Shown here: positions 49,211 to 62,192 of the stretch, piece after piece | How positions within the stretch are numbered: the first letter of the stretch is position 1 | Layout: each line of letters opens with the position of its first letter | Assembly: GCA_030390025.1 (NCBI GenBank) | Contig: CM059433.1 | Location: forward strand, 137,144,001 to 137,208,000 | DNA: 64,000 nucleotides | Direction of reading: 5' to 3' | Source of the DNA: Squalus acanthias | Taxonomy: Eukaryota | Program-made: the position numbers and the translations under genes | The notes under the pieces: generated by a model | Told to the model about the DNA's origin: nothing | What the model saw: the letters and a program-made list of their open reading frames with translations, nothing else | The model's database searches: none

Positions 49211-50745
49211 TTTCAAATAAAACTGTTGGACTATAACCTGGTGTTGTGCGACCTCTCAATTTTGTACAGGTGTGGTGCCAGAGGACTGGAGACTACTAAC
49301 GTTGTACTGTTGTTTAAAAAGGGAAAAAGGGATAGACCAAGTAATTACTGGCCAGTCAACCTAACCTCGGTGGTGGGCAAATTATTGGAAAAATTCTGAG
49401 GGGCAGTATTAATCGTCAGTTAGAAAGGCAAGGATTAATCAAGGACAGTCAGCATGGATTTGTTAAGGGACAGTCGTATCTGACTAACTTGATTGACATT
49501 TTTGAGGAGGTAACATGGAGGGTCGATGAGGGTAGTGTGTTTGATGTAGTCTACATGGATTTTAGCAAGGTTTTTGACAAGCCCCCACATGACAGAATGG
49601 TCAGAAAAGTAAAAGCCCATAGGATTCAAGGGAAAGTGGCAAGTTGGATCCAAAATTGGCTCAGTGGCAGGAAGCAAAGGGTAATGATCGACAGGTGTTT
49701 TTGTGACTGGAAGGCTGTTTCCAGTGGGGTTCTGCAGAGTTCAGTACTGGGTCCCTTGCTTCTTGTGGTATATATCAATGATTTAGACTTCAATGTAGGG
49801 GACATGATTAAGAAGTTTGCAGATGATACAAAAATTGGCAGTGCGGTTGATATTGAGGAAGAAAGCTCTAGACTGCAGGAAGATATCAATGGATTGGTCA
49901 GGTGGACAGAAAAGTGGCAAATGGATTTCAATCTGGAGAAGTGTGAGGTAATACATTTGGGGAGGGCTAACAAGGCAAGAGAATACACAATAAATGGTAA
50001 GATACTGAGATGTGTAGAGGAACAGAGGAACTTTGGAGTGCATGTCCACAGATCCCTGAGGGCAACAGGACAGATAGATAAGGTGGTTAAGAAGGCATAC
50101 AGGATAGTTTCCTTTATTAGCTGAGGCAGAGAATATAAGAGCAGGGGGAGTACCTTCACCACACGGACTGCAGCAGTTCAAGAAGGTGGCTCACCACCAC
50201 CTTCTCAAGGGCAATTAGGGATGGGCAATATATGCTGGCCTTGCCAGTGACGCCCATTTCACATGAATGAATAAAAAAAAAACAGGGGAGTGGGATTAAT
50301 TGGATAGCTTTACCAAAGAGCCAGCACAGGCACCATGAGCCAAATGTCCTCCTTCTGTGCTGTATCACTCTATGATAGGACCCCGATATGCATATATTTA
50401 TGAGGCGTACCTGAGTCAGGCAGATGCCTCAACCATTTGACTTTAAAACAATCACAGGATGGTGTTAGTGCGATGAGTCTACAGGGAACTTAATTCTCAT
50501 TTAGTCCAGTTTCCGCCCGGCGGAGGGAATTAAAATACCATCGTAAGTGTTTGTTGAAAAGCCTCATTTCAAGCCAAGGCACATAGTAAAGGAAACTCCC
50601 AAGTTAGTAGAAGAGATTATGTAAATTAGGGAGCATTATTTCACTGATGTCAAGTTTGGGTTCTAAAAGCCTGAAAAACTGTAGGAGAAAAAAAAGAGTC
50701 AAACAAATGTGTAGAAGACATGCTTTGAAAGAGAAGGACACGTAC

Positions 50746-50981
50746 CTCAATGGGTCCCAAAGTCATATCCATCTGTATCTCATTCTGTCGTATTTCTGCT
50801 AAAGACTCCATGGCAAATCTAACATCATCCAGATCCTGAATAGGTCGTGCCAAATTTTTCATTTGTTCACTGATAAAAGCTGTTATTGCTGACATTTTTC
50901 CCTTGTACTGTTCATTCAAGAACCGACAAAGTACGATTTTCCAAGCTTTGGCTTCCACCAGAAGAGCCATTTTTATGGGTT
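50746..50981 (-). CDS. DNAH8: Axonemal dynein heavy chain exon (236 nt)
   Basis: ccttag|AA CCC ATA AAA ATG...ATT GAG|gtacgt; (E)PIKMALLVEAKAWKIVLCRFLNEQYKGKM...RPIQDLDDVRFAMESLAEIRQNEIQMDMTLGPIE. The EAKAWK, DLDDVRFAME and QMDMTLGPIE motifs fit DNAH8 better than DNAH5 as recalled. Confidence 0.93.
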
Positions 50982-51904
50982 CTAAGGGGGGCGGAAATAG
51001 GTAACTATTAAAGTAAATTCAATTCTCATGTTGTTTATTTAGTATAAAAAAAACAAATATTGTGGCCCCAACAGTGTACTGGCTATGCTCCCATCAATTA
51101 CACTGGGATCACATCCTCCAGTGACCTCCAGCACTGACCTGCCAGAGTATGCAGGGTTGAGAAGATCACCAGGATGGTTGCAGCTCTTTCGGATCACTTA
51201 AAAAAACTTCCAGCTATAACCAGGTAATTTTCCTGCCTTGGACCCACTTCTGAAGATCCTCTAACCTTATGCCAGGTCCCACTGAAGCAAGGGAGTCCCT
51301 GCTGCCAACTCCGCCCCCTCTGACATGGGAATCATGTTTAGTGGATAGAGATAAAGCCTCAAACAAAGCCCCATGGCAAGTATTAGCTAAGGCAAGGATC
51401 TAGTGTATCTGGATTCTGGCCCACTTCCAAGACCTTCTGCACTCCTGCCTGAATTGCGGCAAGAGTGTGCTGGACGGTCCGTGCAATTTCAGAGGCTTTG
51501 CTATGCTAAAAACATAATTCCATTACTGGAGTCAAATGTAGACCAGATCAGGTAGGGAGGGCAGGTTTCCTTCCCAGGGTGAAAGCCTTGATTTAGAACT
51601 GTGGGATTGGTCCTCTTGCATCATCAGGACGAGACCTGCATGCCGGGGGCCTGCAGTTGTGCCCTAGGAGGCAGCATGATGGACCTGAAGAAGACAAAAG
51701 TTAGTCAACGAAATGCCTATACTAAGTCTATGGTGAGTCTGGGAGATCGGGTAGGGGGTTGAGCGTTGGCCAGCAGTGGCCAGCAATTTCAGTGTGGAGC
51801 CAGGAAGAGCTTTTTTAACTTACGTTTTTGTGGCAACCTGGTTTGGCTGCTTTAGTCCCGAGAAAATTGACTACAGTACGCAAGGTACATGCTTGAGCAG
51901 GCGG

Positions 51905-52560
51905 TAATCGGAGGCGGTATCAGCGGCGGCGGGACATCAATCAGAGAGCGGAGGAACAGCGCGTACCTAATCGGAGGCGGTATCAGCGGCGGCGGGACAT
52001 CAATCAGAGAGCAGAGGAACAGCGCGTACCTAATCGGAGGCGGTATCAGCGGCGGCGGGACATCAATCAGAGAGCGGAGGAACAGCGCGTACCTAATCGG
52101 AGGCGGTATCAGCGGCGGCGGGACATCAATCAGAGAGCAGAGGAACAGCGCGTACCTAATCGGAGGCGGTATCAGCGGCGGCGGGACTTCAATCAGAGAG
52201 CGGAGGAACAGCGCGTACCTAATCGGAGGCGGTATCAGCGGCGGCGGGACATCAATCAGAGAGCGGAGGAACAGCGCGTACCTAATCGGAGGCGGTATCC
52301 GCGGCGGCGAGACATCAATCAGAGAGCGGAGGAACAGCGCAGACCTAATCGGAGGCGGTATCCGCGGCGGCGGGACATCAAGCAGAGAGCGGAGGAACAG
52401 CGCAGACCTAATCGGAGGCGGTATCCGCGGCGGCGGGACATCAAGCAGAGAGCGGAGGAACAGCGCAGACCTAATCGGAGGCGGTATCCGTGGCGGCGGG
52501 ACATCAAGCAGAGAGCGGAGGAACAGCGCGTACCTAATCGGAGGCGGTATCAGCGGCGGC
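51905..52560. repeat. 63-bp GC/CpG-rich minisatellite, 10 units plus 26 bp
   Basis: Unit taatcggaggcggtatcagcggcggcgggacatcaatcagagagcggaggaacagcgcgtacc; unit starts run 51905 to 52535. Confidence 0.97.
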
Positions 52561-52590
52561 CAAAGCTTCCACAATTTCAACAAATTACAA

Positions 52591-53210
52591 GGGGAGAGAA
52601 ATTAGGTTGCTTTGCGCCTTCCGTTCTTGCCCAAGAAGGCACTAATGGGCACAAAGCACCTAGTGACTGGGTGTGGCGCCGTTAACACCCCCCGCGAAAT
52701 TCTGCGGGAGGTTAGCGGTGGCGGTAGCCGATAGCGCCCCGCGGTGCTGCACCTCCAACGATGACGTCATAGCCGTGTGCAGCGCCTCGATCGCGCCCCA
52801 ACCGCAAACTTCGCTCACGCCTCCTGACTTACCGCCGGACGCTATGTCCGACAGGGTCAAGGTGCCGTGTTTGCGGCTGCGCAAATTAAAGGGCAGGTGC
52901 CGGGCAGCCATTTTTTTTGGGCCACCTGCCAGCACCTGCCCCCTTTCGCCTCCTCCTGCAGGGTGCCAGCAGCGATCGGTCAGCCCAGCACTCCTCTTGA
53001 GGGAGGCCTCTAATACTGCGGCGCCACGTGCCGATGCGCGTGGCGCTGTTGCACGTAGCGCCGCGATATTGAATGGTATCACCCCAAGAGGGAGGGGGAG
53101 TGCTTCCAGTAGCATCCCGCCTCCTGCTCGGGGCGCTACTATTCAATTTCTGGCACGGGGACACTAACTGAAATTAGCGCCCCAAAAGGGGCGCGACCCA
53201 ATTTTTCCCC
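52591..53210. mobile_element. GC-rich Harbinger-like MITE
   Basis: GGGGAGAGAAATT...AATTTTTCCCC; TSD CAA. Confidence 0.75.
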
Positions 53211-53244
53211 CAAGGTCTGACATCACAGGACAGCAGATACGTCA

Positions 53245-56200
53245 TAAGAACATAAGAACACAAGAAATAGGAGCAGGAGTAGGCCATTCAGCCCCTCGAG
53301 CATGCTCCGCCATTCAATAAGATCATGGCTGATCTGATCTTGGCCTCAACTCCACTTTTCTGACTGTTCCCCATAAACCCTTGACTCCCCTATAGTTCAA
53401 AAATCTGTCTATCTCAGCCTTGAATATATTCAATGACTCAGCCTTCACAGCTCTCCAGGGTAGAGAATTCCAAAGATTCACAAGCCTCTGAGAGAAGGAA
53501 TTCCTCCTTATCTCCGTCTTAAATGGGCGATCCCTTATTCTGAAACTATGACCCCTAGCTCTAGATTCCCCCACGAGGGGAAACATCCTCTCAGCATCTA
53601 CCCTGTCAAGCCCCCTCAGAATCTTATATGTTTCAATAAGATCACCTCTCATTCTTCTAAACTCCAATGAGTATAAGCCCAACCTGCTCAACCTTTCCTC
53701 ATAAGGCAACCCCTTCATCCCAGGAATCAACCTAATGAACCTTCTCTGAACTGCCTCCAATGCAAGTATATCCCTCCTTAAATAAGGAGACCAAAACCGT
53801 ACGCAGTACTCTAGGTGAGGTCTCACCAACGCCCTGTACAGTTGTAGCAAGACTTCCCTACTTTTATACTCCATCCCCCTTGCAATAAAGGCCAACATTC
53901 CATTTGCCTTCCTAATTACTTGTTGTACCTGCGTGCTAACTTTTTGTGTTTCATGTACGAGGACCCCCAGGTCCACCTGTACCGCAGCATTCTGTAGTCT
54001 CTCTCCATTTAAATAATATTTTTCTTTTCTATTCTTCCTACCAAAGTGGATAACCTCACATTTTCCCACATTATACTTCATAGAATCATAGAAATTTACA
54101 GCACAGAAGGAGGCCATTTGGCCCATCTTGACCGTGCCGGCCGACAAAGAGCTATCCAACCTAATCCCACTTTCCAGCACTTGGTCCGTATCCTTGTAGG
54201 TTATGGCACTTCAAGTGCATATCCAAGCACTTTTTAAATGTGATGAGGGTCTCTGCCTCTACCACCCTTTCAGGCAGTGAGTTCCAGAGCCCCACCACCC
54301 TCTGGGTGAAAACATTTCCTCTCAAATCCCCTCTAAACCTCCGACCAATTACTTTAAAATCTATGCCCCCTGGTTATTGACCTTTCTGCTAAGGGAAATA
54401 GGTCCTTCCTATTCACTCTATCTAGGCCACTCATAATTTTATACACCTCAATTAGGTCTCCCCTCAGCCTCCTCTATTCCAAAGAAAACAACCCGAGCCT
54501 ATCCAATCTTTCCTCATAGCTAAAATTCCCCAGCCCAGGCAATATCTTCGTAAATCTCCTCTGCAGCCCCTCTAGTGCAATCACATCCTTCCTGTAATGT
54601 GGTGACCAGAACTGCCGCAGTATTCTAGCTGCAGACTAACTAGTGTTTTATACAGTTCAAGCATAACCTCCCTGCTCTTATATTCTATGCCTCGGCTAAT
54701 AAAGGCAAGTATCCCGTATGCCTTCTTAATCATCTTATCTACCTGTCCCGCTACCTTCAGGGATCTGTGGACATGCACGCCAAGGTGCCTCTGATCTTCT
54801 GCACTTCTCAGTATCCCCCCATTTATAGTATATTCCCTTGCCTTGTTAGCCCTCCCCAAATGCATTACCTCACACTTCTCCAGATTGAATTCCATTTGCC
54901 ACTGTTCTGCCCACCTGACCAGTCCATTGATATCTTCCTGCAGTCAGCAGCTTTCTTCTTCATTATCAACCACACGGCCAATTTTTGTATCATCTGCAAA
55001 CTTCTTAATCATACTTCCTATATTCAAGTCCAAATCATTGATATATACCACAAAAAGCAAAGGACCCAGTACTGAGCCCTGCGGAACCCCACTGGAAACA
55101 GCCTTCCAGTCTCCAAAACACCCTTCGACCATAACCCTTTGTTTCCTGCCTCTGAGCCAATTTTGGATCTAACTTGTCACTTTGCCTTGGATCCCATGGG
55201 CTTTTACTTTCGTGATCAGTCTGCCATGCGGGACCTTATCAAAAGCATTGCTAAAATCCATATAGACTACATCAAATGCACTACCCTCATCAACCCTCTT
55301 TGTTACCTCCTCAAAAAACTCAATCAAGTTAGTCAGACACAACCTTTCCTTAACAAATCCATCCCTGATTAATCCGTGTCTTTCTAAATGAAGATTTGGC
55401 AGATTTCATCAGCCAAATTTTTGCCCACTCACTTAACCTATCTATATCCTTTTGCAGACTTTTGTGTCCTCCTCACAACTTGCTTTCCCACCTTCATCCA
55501 AGTCATTAATATAGATTGTAAATGGTTGAGGCCCCAGCACTGATCCCTGTGGCACCCCACTAGTTACAGTTTGCCAACCTGAAAATTACCCATTTATCCC
55601 GACTTTCTGTTAGTTAGCCAGTCCTCTATCCATGCGAATATATTACCCCCAACACCATGAGCTCTTATCTTGTGCAGTAACCTTTTATGTGGCACCTTAG
55701 CGAATGTCTTTTAGAAATCCAAATACACTACATCTACTGGTTCCCCTTTAGCCACCCTGCTCGTTACATCCTCAAAGAACTCTAATAAATTTGTCAAACA
55801 CGATTTCCCTTTCATAAAACCATACTGACTCTGCTTGACTGTATTATGATTTTCTAAATGTCCTGCTACTACTTCCTTAATAATGGATTTCAGCATTTTC
55901 CCAATGACAGATGTTAGGCTAACTGGCCTATAGTTTCTTGCATTCTGTCTCCCTCTTTCTTTAATAGGGGCATTACATTTGCGGTTTTCCAATCTGCTGG
56001 GACCTTTCAAGAGTCATGGGAATTTTGGAAGATTACAACCAATGCATCCACTATCTCTGTAGCCACTTCTTTTAAGACCCTAGGATGCAGGCCATCAGGT
56101 CCAGGGGACTCGTCAGCCTTTAGTCCCATTAGTATGCCTAGTACTTTTTCTCTAGTGGTAGTGATTGTTTTAAGTTCCTCCCTCCCTTTTGTCCCTTGAT

Positions 56201-57600
56201 TTTCCACTATTATTGGAATGCTTTTAGTGTCTTCTACCGTGAAGACAGATACAAAATATTTGTTCAGTCTCTGCCATTTCCTTGTTTCCCATTATTAATT
56301 CCCCAGTCTCATCCTCTAAGGGACCAACATTTACTTTAGCTACTCTCTTCCTTTTTATATACTTGAAGAAGCTCTTACTGTCTGTTTTTATATTTCTTCC
56401 TAGTTTACTCTCATAATCAATTTTCTCCCTCTTTATTATTTTTGTAGTCATCCTTTGCAAGTATCTAAAAATTTCCCAATCTTCTGGCCTACCACTAATC
56501 TTCACAACATTGTATGCCTTTTCTTTCAATTTGATATCCTCCTTAACTTCCTTAGTTAGCCACGGATGGTTCATCCTTCTCGCAGAGTCTTTCTTTCTCA
56601 CTGGAATATATCTTTGTTGAGAGTTATGAAATAGCTCCTTAAAGGTCCGCCACTGCTTATCTACCGTCTTACCTTTTAATCTATTTTCCCAGTCCACTTT
56701 AGCCAACTCTGTTTTCATACCCTTGTAATTGCCTTTATTTAAGTTTAAGACATTAGTTTCAGACCCAAGTTTCTCACCCTCAAACTGAATGTGAAATTCT
56801 ATCATATTATGATCACTCTTTACTATGAGATCATTAATTAATCCTGTCTCATTACACATTATCAGATCTAAAATAGCCTGTTCCCTCATTGGTTCCACAA
56901 CGTATTGTTCTATGAAACTGTCCTGAATACACTCTATGAACTCGTCCTCAATGCTACCTTGCCCGTTTGATTTGTCCAATCTATATGAAGATTAAAATCG
57001 CCCACGATTATTACAAGCTTCTTACAAGCCCCCATTATTTCTTGATTTATACTCTGTCTTACAGTGTAGCTACTGTTAGGGGGCCTATAGATTACTCCCA
57101 CCAGTGACTTCTTTCCCTTATTATTTCTTATCTCCACCTAAACTGATTCTACATCTTGAGCCAAGATCATTTCCCACTACTGTACTGATCTCATCCTTTA
57201 TTAACAGAGCTACCCCACCTCCTTTTCCTTTCTGCCTATCCTTCCGAAATGTCAAATACCTGTGAATATTCGGTTCCCAGCCTTGGTCACCTTGCAACCA
57301 TTTCTCTGTAATCGCTATCAGATCATACCCATTTATTTCTATTTGTGCCATCAATTCACCTATCTTGTTACAAATGCTGTGTGCATTCAGATAAAGCGCT
57401 TTTAATTTTGTCTTTTTACCATTTTTCCCTACTCTGACCCTATTTGCTGGTGCACTCTTATGCTTGTACGCTCTGTCCCTTCCTGTCACACTCTAGTTAT
57501 CATTACCCCTATCGCTACCCTGCACTATTGCCTTGTCCTTTCTCTTTAACTTTCTAAGTTTCCCCTCACCTGAACCCTCCTCCCCACTATTTAGTCTATT
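53245..57600 (-). mobile_element. CR1 ORF2 (endonuclease to 3' end) with a second CR1 3' fragment nested at ~54078-55400
   Basis: LYLNAHSI..K..EL, YRPPN, GDFN, SDHN, NYRPVSLTS, RRMRGDLIETYKI; tails (aagaacat)n at 53245 and (catagaat)n at 54079. Confidence 0.88.
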
Positions 57601-58689
57601 TAGTGATTGGTTGGTAAGTATTAAGGTTTTTTTCTCTCTAAATTAAGACAGTGATTGAAACTAGGAGCGGGAAACTATAACATACTGTATTAAATTTATA
57701 TCTTAACTAGTTAAGCTAATTAATATAACTATAAATAATCGTTGATTAAAATCTTTAACTAATTAAATAAATAAAATAAGCCAAGACTAAGATATGGCAG
57801 GGCAGGTTATGAGTCTGGACTGCAGTATGTGGGAGTTTGTGGAAAACGAGACTGTCCTAGCAAACACGTCCGCAGGAGATGTCTTCATCTTGAATCTCTC
57901 CGGCTCAGAGTCATTGAGCTGGAGTGCAAATTGGAGACACACCAATACATAAGGGAGGGGGAGGAATTTCTGGACAGTTTTATCCAGAATACAGTCACAT
58001 CCCAGAGGAAAGCACAAGTTCAAAAAGGGAGGGTGTGACTGTTTGGGAGATGATTATCGGGGATTTAGGAGAGGTTGAGAAGGAGGTCCCACAGACACTG
58101 GTCCTGTCCAACAGGTACGATGTACTCGCTACCTGTGAGGACAAGGAGAAAGACTGCAGGGAGGACAACCACAATGCAGACCAAGGCACCGTGGCTCAGA
58201 AGGCTGTCCAAGGGGGGGAAGAACAGAATAGAAATGTGGTAGTGATAGGGGACTCTATAATTAGGGGGATAGATATCATCCTCTGCAGCCAAGAACGAGA
58301 ATCCCGAAGGGTGTGTTGCCTACCCGGGTAAGGGATATCTCACGGCAGCTGGAAAGGAACTTGGAAAGAGAGGGTGGAAATCCAGTTGCCGTGGTCCATG
58401 TTGGAACAAATGACAATCGTAGGAACAGGGAGGAGGTCCTGCTAAAGAGAATCAGGAGTCAGGATCTAAATTAAAAAGCAGGACCTCGAGGGTAATAATC
58501 TCTGGATTATTGCCTGAGCCACGTGCAAATTGGCAAAGAAGCAGACAGATCAGGAGAATTAACATGTGGCTAAAGGGCTGGTGTGGGAAAGAGGGGTTCC
58601 TTTTCATGGGACACTGGCATCAGTTCTGGGACAGGAAGGAGCTGTACCGATGGGAAAGGCTCCATCTGAACTGGGATGGGACCCGTGTT

Positions 58690-61600
58690 TATTTTATTTG
58701 TTTATGGGATGTGGGCGTCGCTGGCAAGGCCAGCATTTATTGCCCATCCCCAATTGCCCTTGAGAAAGTGGTGGTGAGCTGCCTTCTTGAACCGCTGCAG
58801 TCCGTGTGGTGAAGGTACTCCCACAGTGCTGTTAGGTAGGGAGTTCCAGGATTTTGACCCAGCAACGATGAAGGATCAGCGATATACTTCTAAGTCAGGA
58901 TGGTGTGTGACTTGGAGGGGAACTTGGAGGTGGTGGTGTTTCCATGCGGCTGCTGCCCTTGTCCTTCTAGGTGGAAGAGGTGGGGTTTGGGAGGTGATGC
59001 CGAAGAAGCCTTGGTGAGTTGCTGCAGTGCATCTTGTAGATGGTACACACTGCAGCCACGGTACGTCGGTGGTGGAGGGAGTGAGTGTTTAAGGTGGTGG
59101 ATGGGATGCCAATCAAGCGGGCTAAGTTGTCCTGGATGGTGTCGAGCTTCTTGAGTGTTGTTGGAGCTGCACTCATCCAGGCAAGTGGAGAGTATTCCAT
59201 CACACTCCTTACTTGTGCCTTGTAGATGGTGGAAAGGCTTTGGGGAGTCAGGAGGTGAGACACTCGCCGCAGAATACACAGCCTCTGACCTGCTCTATTT
59301 AACACAGTATTTATGTGGCCAATGGTAGCCCCAGGATGTTGATGGTGGGGGATTCGGTGATGGTAATGCCATTGAATGTCAAGGGGATGTGGTTAGGCTC
59401 TCGCTTGTTGTAGATAGTCATTGCCTGGCACTTCTGTGGCACGAATGTTACCTGCCACTTATCAGCCCAAGCCTGAACGTCGTCCAAGTCTTTTTGCATG
59501 CGGGCATGGACTACTTCATTATCTGAGGAGTTGTTAATGGCGCTGAACACTGTGCAGTCATCAGCGAACATCCCTATTTCTGACCTTATGTTGGAGGGAA
59601 GGTCATTGCTAAAGCAGCTGAAGATGGTTGGGCCTAGGACACTGCCCTGAGGAACTCCCGCAGCGATGTCCTGGGGCTGCGATGATTGACCTTCAACCAC
59701 CACAACCATCTTCCTTTGTGCTAGGTATGACTCCAGCCAGTGGAGCGTTTTCCCCCTGATTCCCATTGACTTCAGTTTTACTAGGGCTCCTTGATGCCAC
59801 ACTCAGTCAAATGCTGCCTTGATGTCAAGGGCATTCGCTCTCACCTTACCTCTGCAATTCAGCTCCTTTGTCCATGTTTGGACCAAGGCTGTAATGAGGT
59901 CGGGAGCTGAGTGGTCTTGGCGGAACCCAAACTGGGTATCAGTGAGTATGTTTTTGCTGAGGAAGTGCCGCTTTATAGCATTGTCGATGACACCTTCCAT
60001 CACTTTGCTGATGATTGAGAGTAGACTGATGGGGCGGTAATTGGCCGGGTTGGATTTGTCATGCTTTTTGTGAACAGGACATACCTGGGCAGTTCTCCAC
60101 ATTGTCGGATAGATACCAGTGTTGTAGCTGTACTGGAACAGCTTGGCTAGAGGCGCGGCTAGTTCTGGAGCACAAGTCTTCAGCATGATAGCCGGGATGT
60201 TGTCAGGGCCCATAGCCTTTGCTGTATCCAGTGCACCCAGCCGTTTCTTGATATCACGTGGAGTGAATCGAATTAGCTGAAGAATGGCTTCTGTGATGGT
60301 GGGGACCTCAGGAGTAGGCCGATATGGATCATCCACACGGCACTTCTGGCTGAAAATGGTTGCAAATGCTTCAGCCTTGTGTTTTGCACTCCATTATCAT
60401 TGAGGATGGAGATAATCATGGAGCCTCCTCCTCCCGTTAGTTGTTTAATGGTCCACCACCATTCCGACTGGATGTGGCAGGACTGCAGAGCTTTGATCTG
60501 ATCCGTTGGTTGTGGGATCACTTAGCTCTGTCTACAGCATGCTGCTTCCGCTTTTTAGCATGCATGTAGTCCTGTGTTGCAGCTTCCCCAGTTTGGCAAC
60601 TCATTTTTAGGTACGCCTGGTGCTGCTCCTGGCATGCTCTTCTACACTCCTTCTTGAACCAGGGTTGGTCTCCTGGCTTGGTGGTAATGGTAGAGTGAGG
60701 GATATGCCAGGCCATGAGGTTACAGATTGTGGTGGAATACAATTCTGCTGCTGCTGATGGCCCACAGCGCCTCATGGATGCCCAGTTTTGAGCTGCTAGA
60801 TCTGTTCTGAATCTATCCCATTTAGCACGGTGGTAGTGCCACACAACACGATGGAGGGTGTTCTCAGTGTGAAGACAGGACTTCGTCTCCACAAGGACTG
60901 TGCGTTGGTCACTGCTGCCAATGCTGTCATGGACAGATGCATCTGCGACAGGTAGATTGGTGAGGACGAGGTCAAGTAGGTTTTCCCCTCTTGTTGGTTC
61001 TTCACCAGCTGTCGCATCCCCAGACTGGCAGTTATGTCCTTCAGGACTCGGGCAGCTCGGTCAGTAGTGGTGCTACCGAGCCACTCTTGGTGATGGACAT
61101 TGAAGTCCCCCACCCAGAGTAGATTCTGTACCCTTGCTACTCTCAGTGCTTCTTCCAAGTGGTGTTCAACATGGAGGAGTACTGATTCATCAGCTGAGGG
61201 AGGGCGATAGGTGGTAATCAGTAGGAGGTTTCCTTGCCCATGCTTGATCTGAAGCCTTGAGACTTCATACGGTCTGGAGTCAATGTTGAGGACTCCCAGG
61301 GCCACTCCTTCCCGTCTGTATACCACTGTGCCACCACCCCTGGTGGGTCTGTCCTGCCGGTGGGACAGGACATACCCAGGGATGGTGGTGGAGGAGTTTG
61401 GGACATTGGCTGAAAGGTTTGATTCTGTGAATATGACTATGTCAGGCTGTTGCTTGACTAGTCTGTGAGACAGCTCTCCCAATTTTGGCACAAGTCCTCA
61501 GATGTTGGTGAGGAGGACTTTGCAAGGTCGACTGGGCTAGGTGTGCCGTTGCCATGTCCGTAGCCGGTGCCGACGTCGATGCCGGGTGGTCCGTCCGGTT

Positions 61601-61865
61601 TCATTCTTATTATGTTTCGTAGCGGTTAGTTACAACTGAGTGACTTGCTGGGCCATTTCAGAGGGCAGTTAAGAGTCAACAACATTGCTGTGGGTCTGGA
61701 GTCACATATAGGCCGGACCAGGTAAGGACGGCAGATTTCTTTCCCTGAAGGACATTAGTGAACCAGATGGATTTTTACGACAATTCAATAGTTTCATGGT
61801 TACCATTGCTGATACTAGCTTTTTATTCCAGATTTATTTAATTAACTGAATTTAAATTACCCAGC
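58690..61865 (-). mobile_element. Near full-length family-B LINE (SINE-like leader + APE + RT, no ORF1)
   Basis: [58 protein letters not shown]; stops and frameshifts; inserted into CR1 ORF1. Confidence 0.9.
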
Positions 61866-62192
61866 GGAAAGGGTAAATAGGGAGGTGGCAAAGGTTTTAA
61901 AGTAGTAAGATGTGGGGAGGGATCTACAAGAAACGTAACCAGCCTAAATGTAAACAAAAACAGGAAAAAAGAGCATAGAAAAGAACAAAGTAAGGGATAA
62001 CATTGATCGTAAGGGAATAAATAGTTATAGTATAGGAGTCAAAAAGAATGTTAAGCATAAAGAGAGAAGAAATCCGCTAAAAAATGAGTTACATTTTCTG
62101 TACAGCAATGTACACAGTGTCTGTAATAAAACAGGGGAGCTGGAGGCAATCATGCATTGTGAGGAACCAGACATAGCAGGGATTACTCATAC

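Larger units (their letters stand above)
45726..49264 (+). mobile_element. Near full-length Penelope-like element (Neptune type) with inverted 5' pseudo-LTR
   Basis: TSD tacaggtgtggt (45714-45725 / 49265-49276); 45726-46113 is the reverse complement of 3' UTR plus leader. Confidence 0.92.
45285..50147 (+). mobile_element. CR1 ORF2 fragment split by a Penelope element (45726-49264)
   Basis: IIFQSSLATGVV|PEDWR joins across the insertion; followed by a family-B LINE 3' end at ~50148-50282. Confidence 0.85.

Noticed and set aside
50650-50970. Stand-alone 106-aa gene as given by the ORF track
   Set aside because: It is an internal DNAH8 exon; dynein similarity stops at the GT donor at 50745.
51852-52605. 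243-aa and 238-aa repetitive ORFs; CRISPR-like periodicity
   Set aside because: A stop-free 63-bp unit gives open frames on both strands automatically. Units are contiguous with no unique spacers and there are no cas genes.
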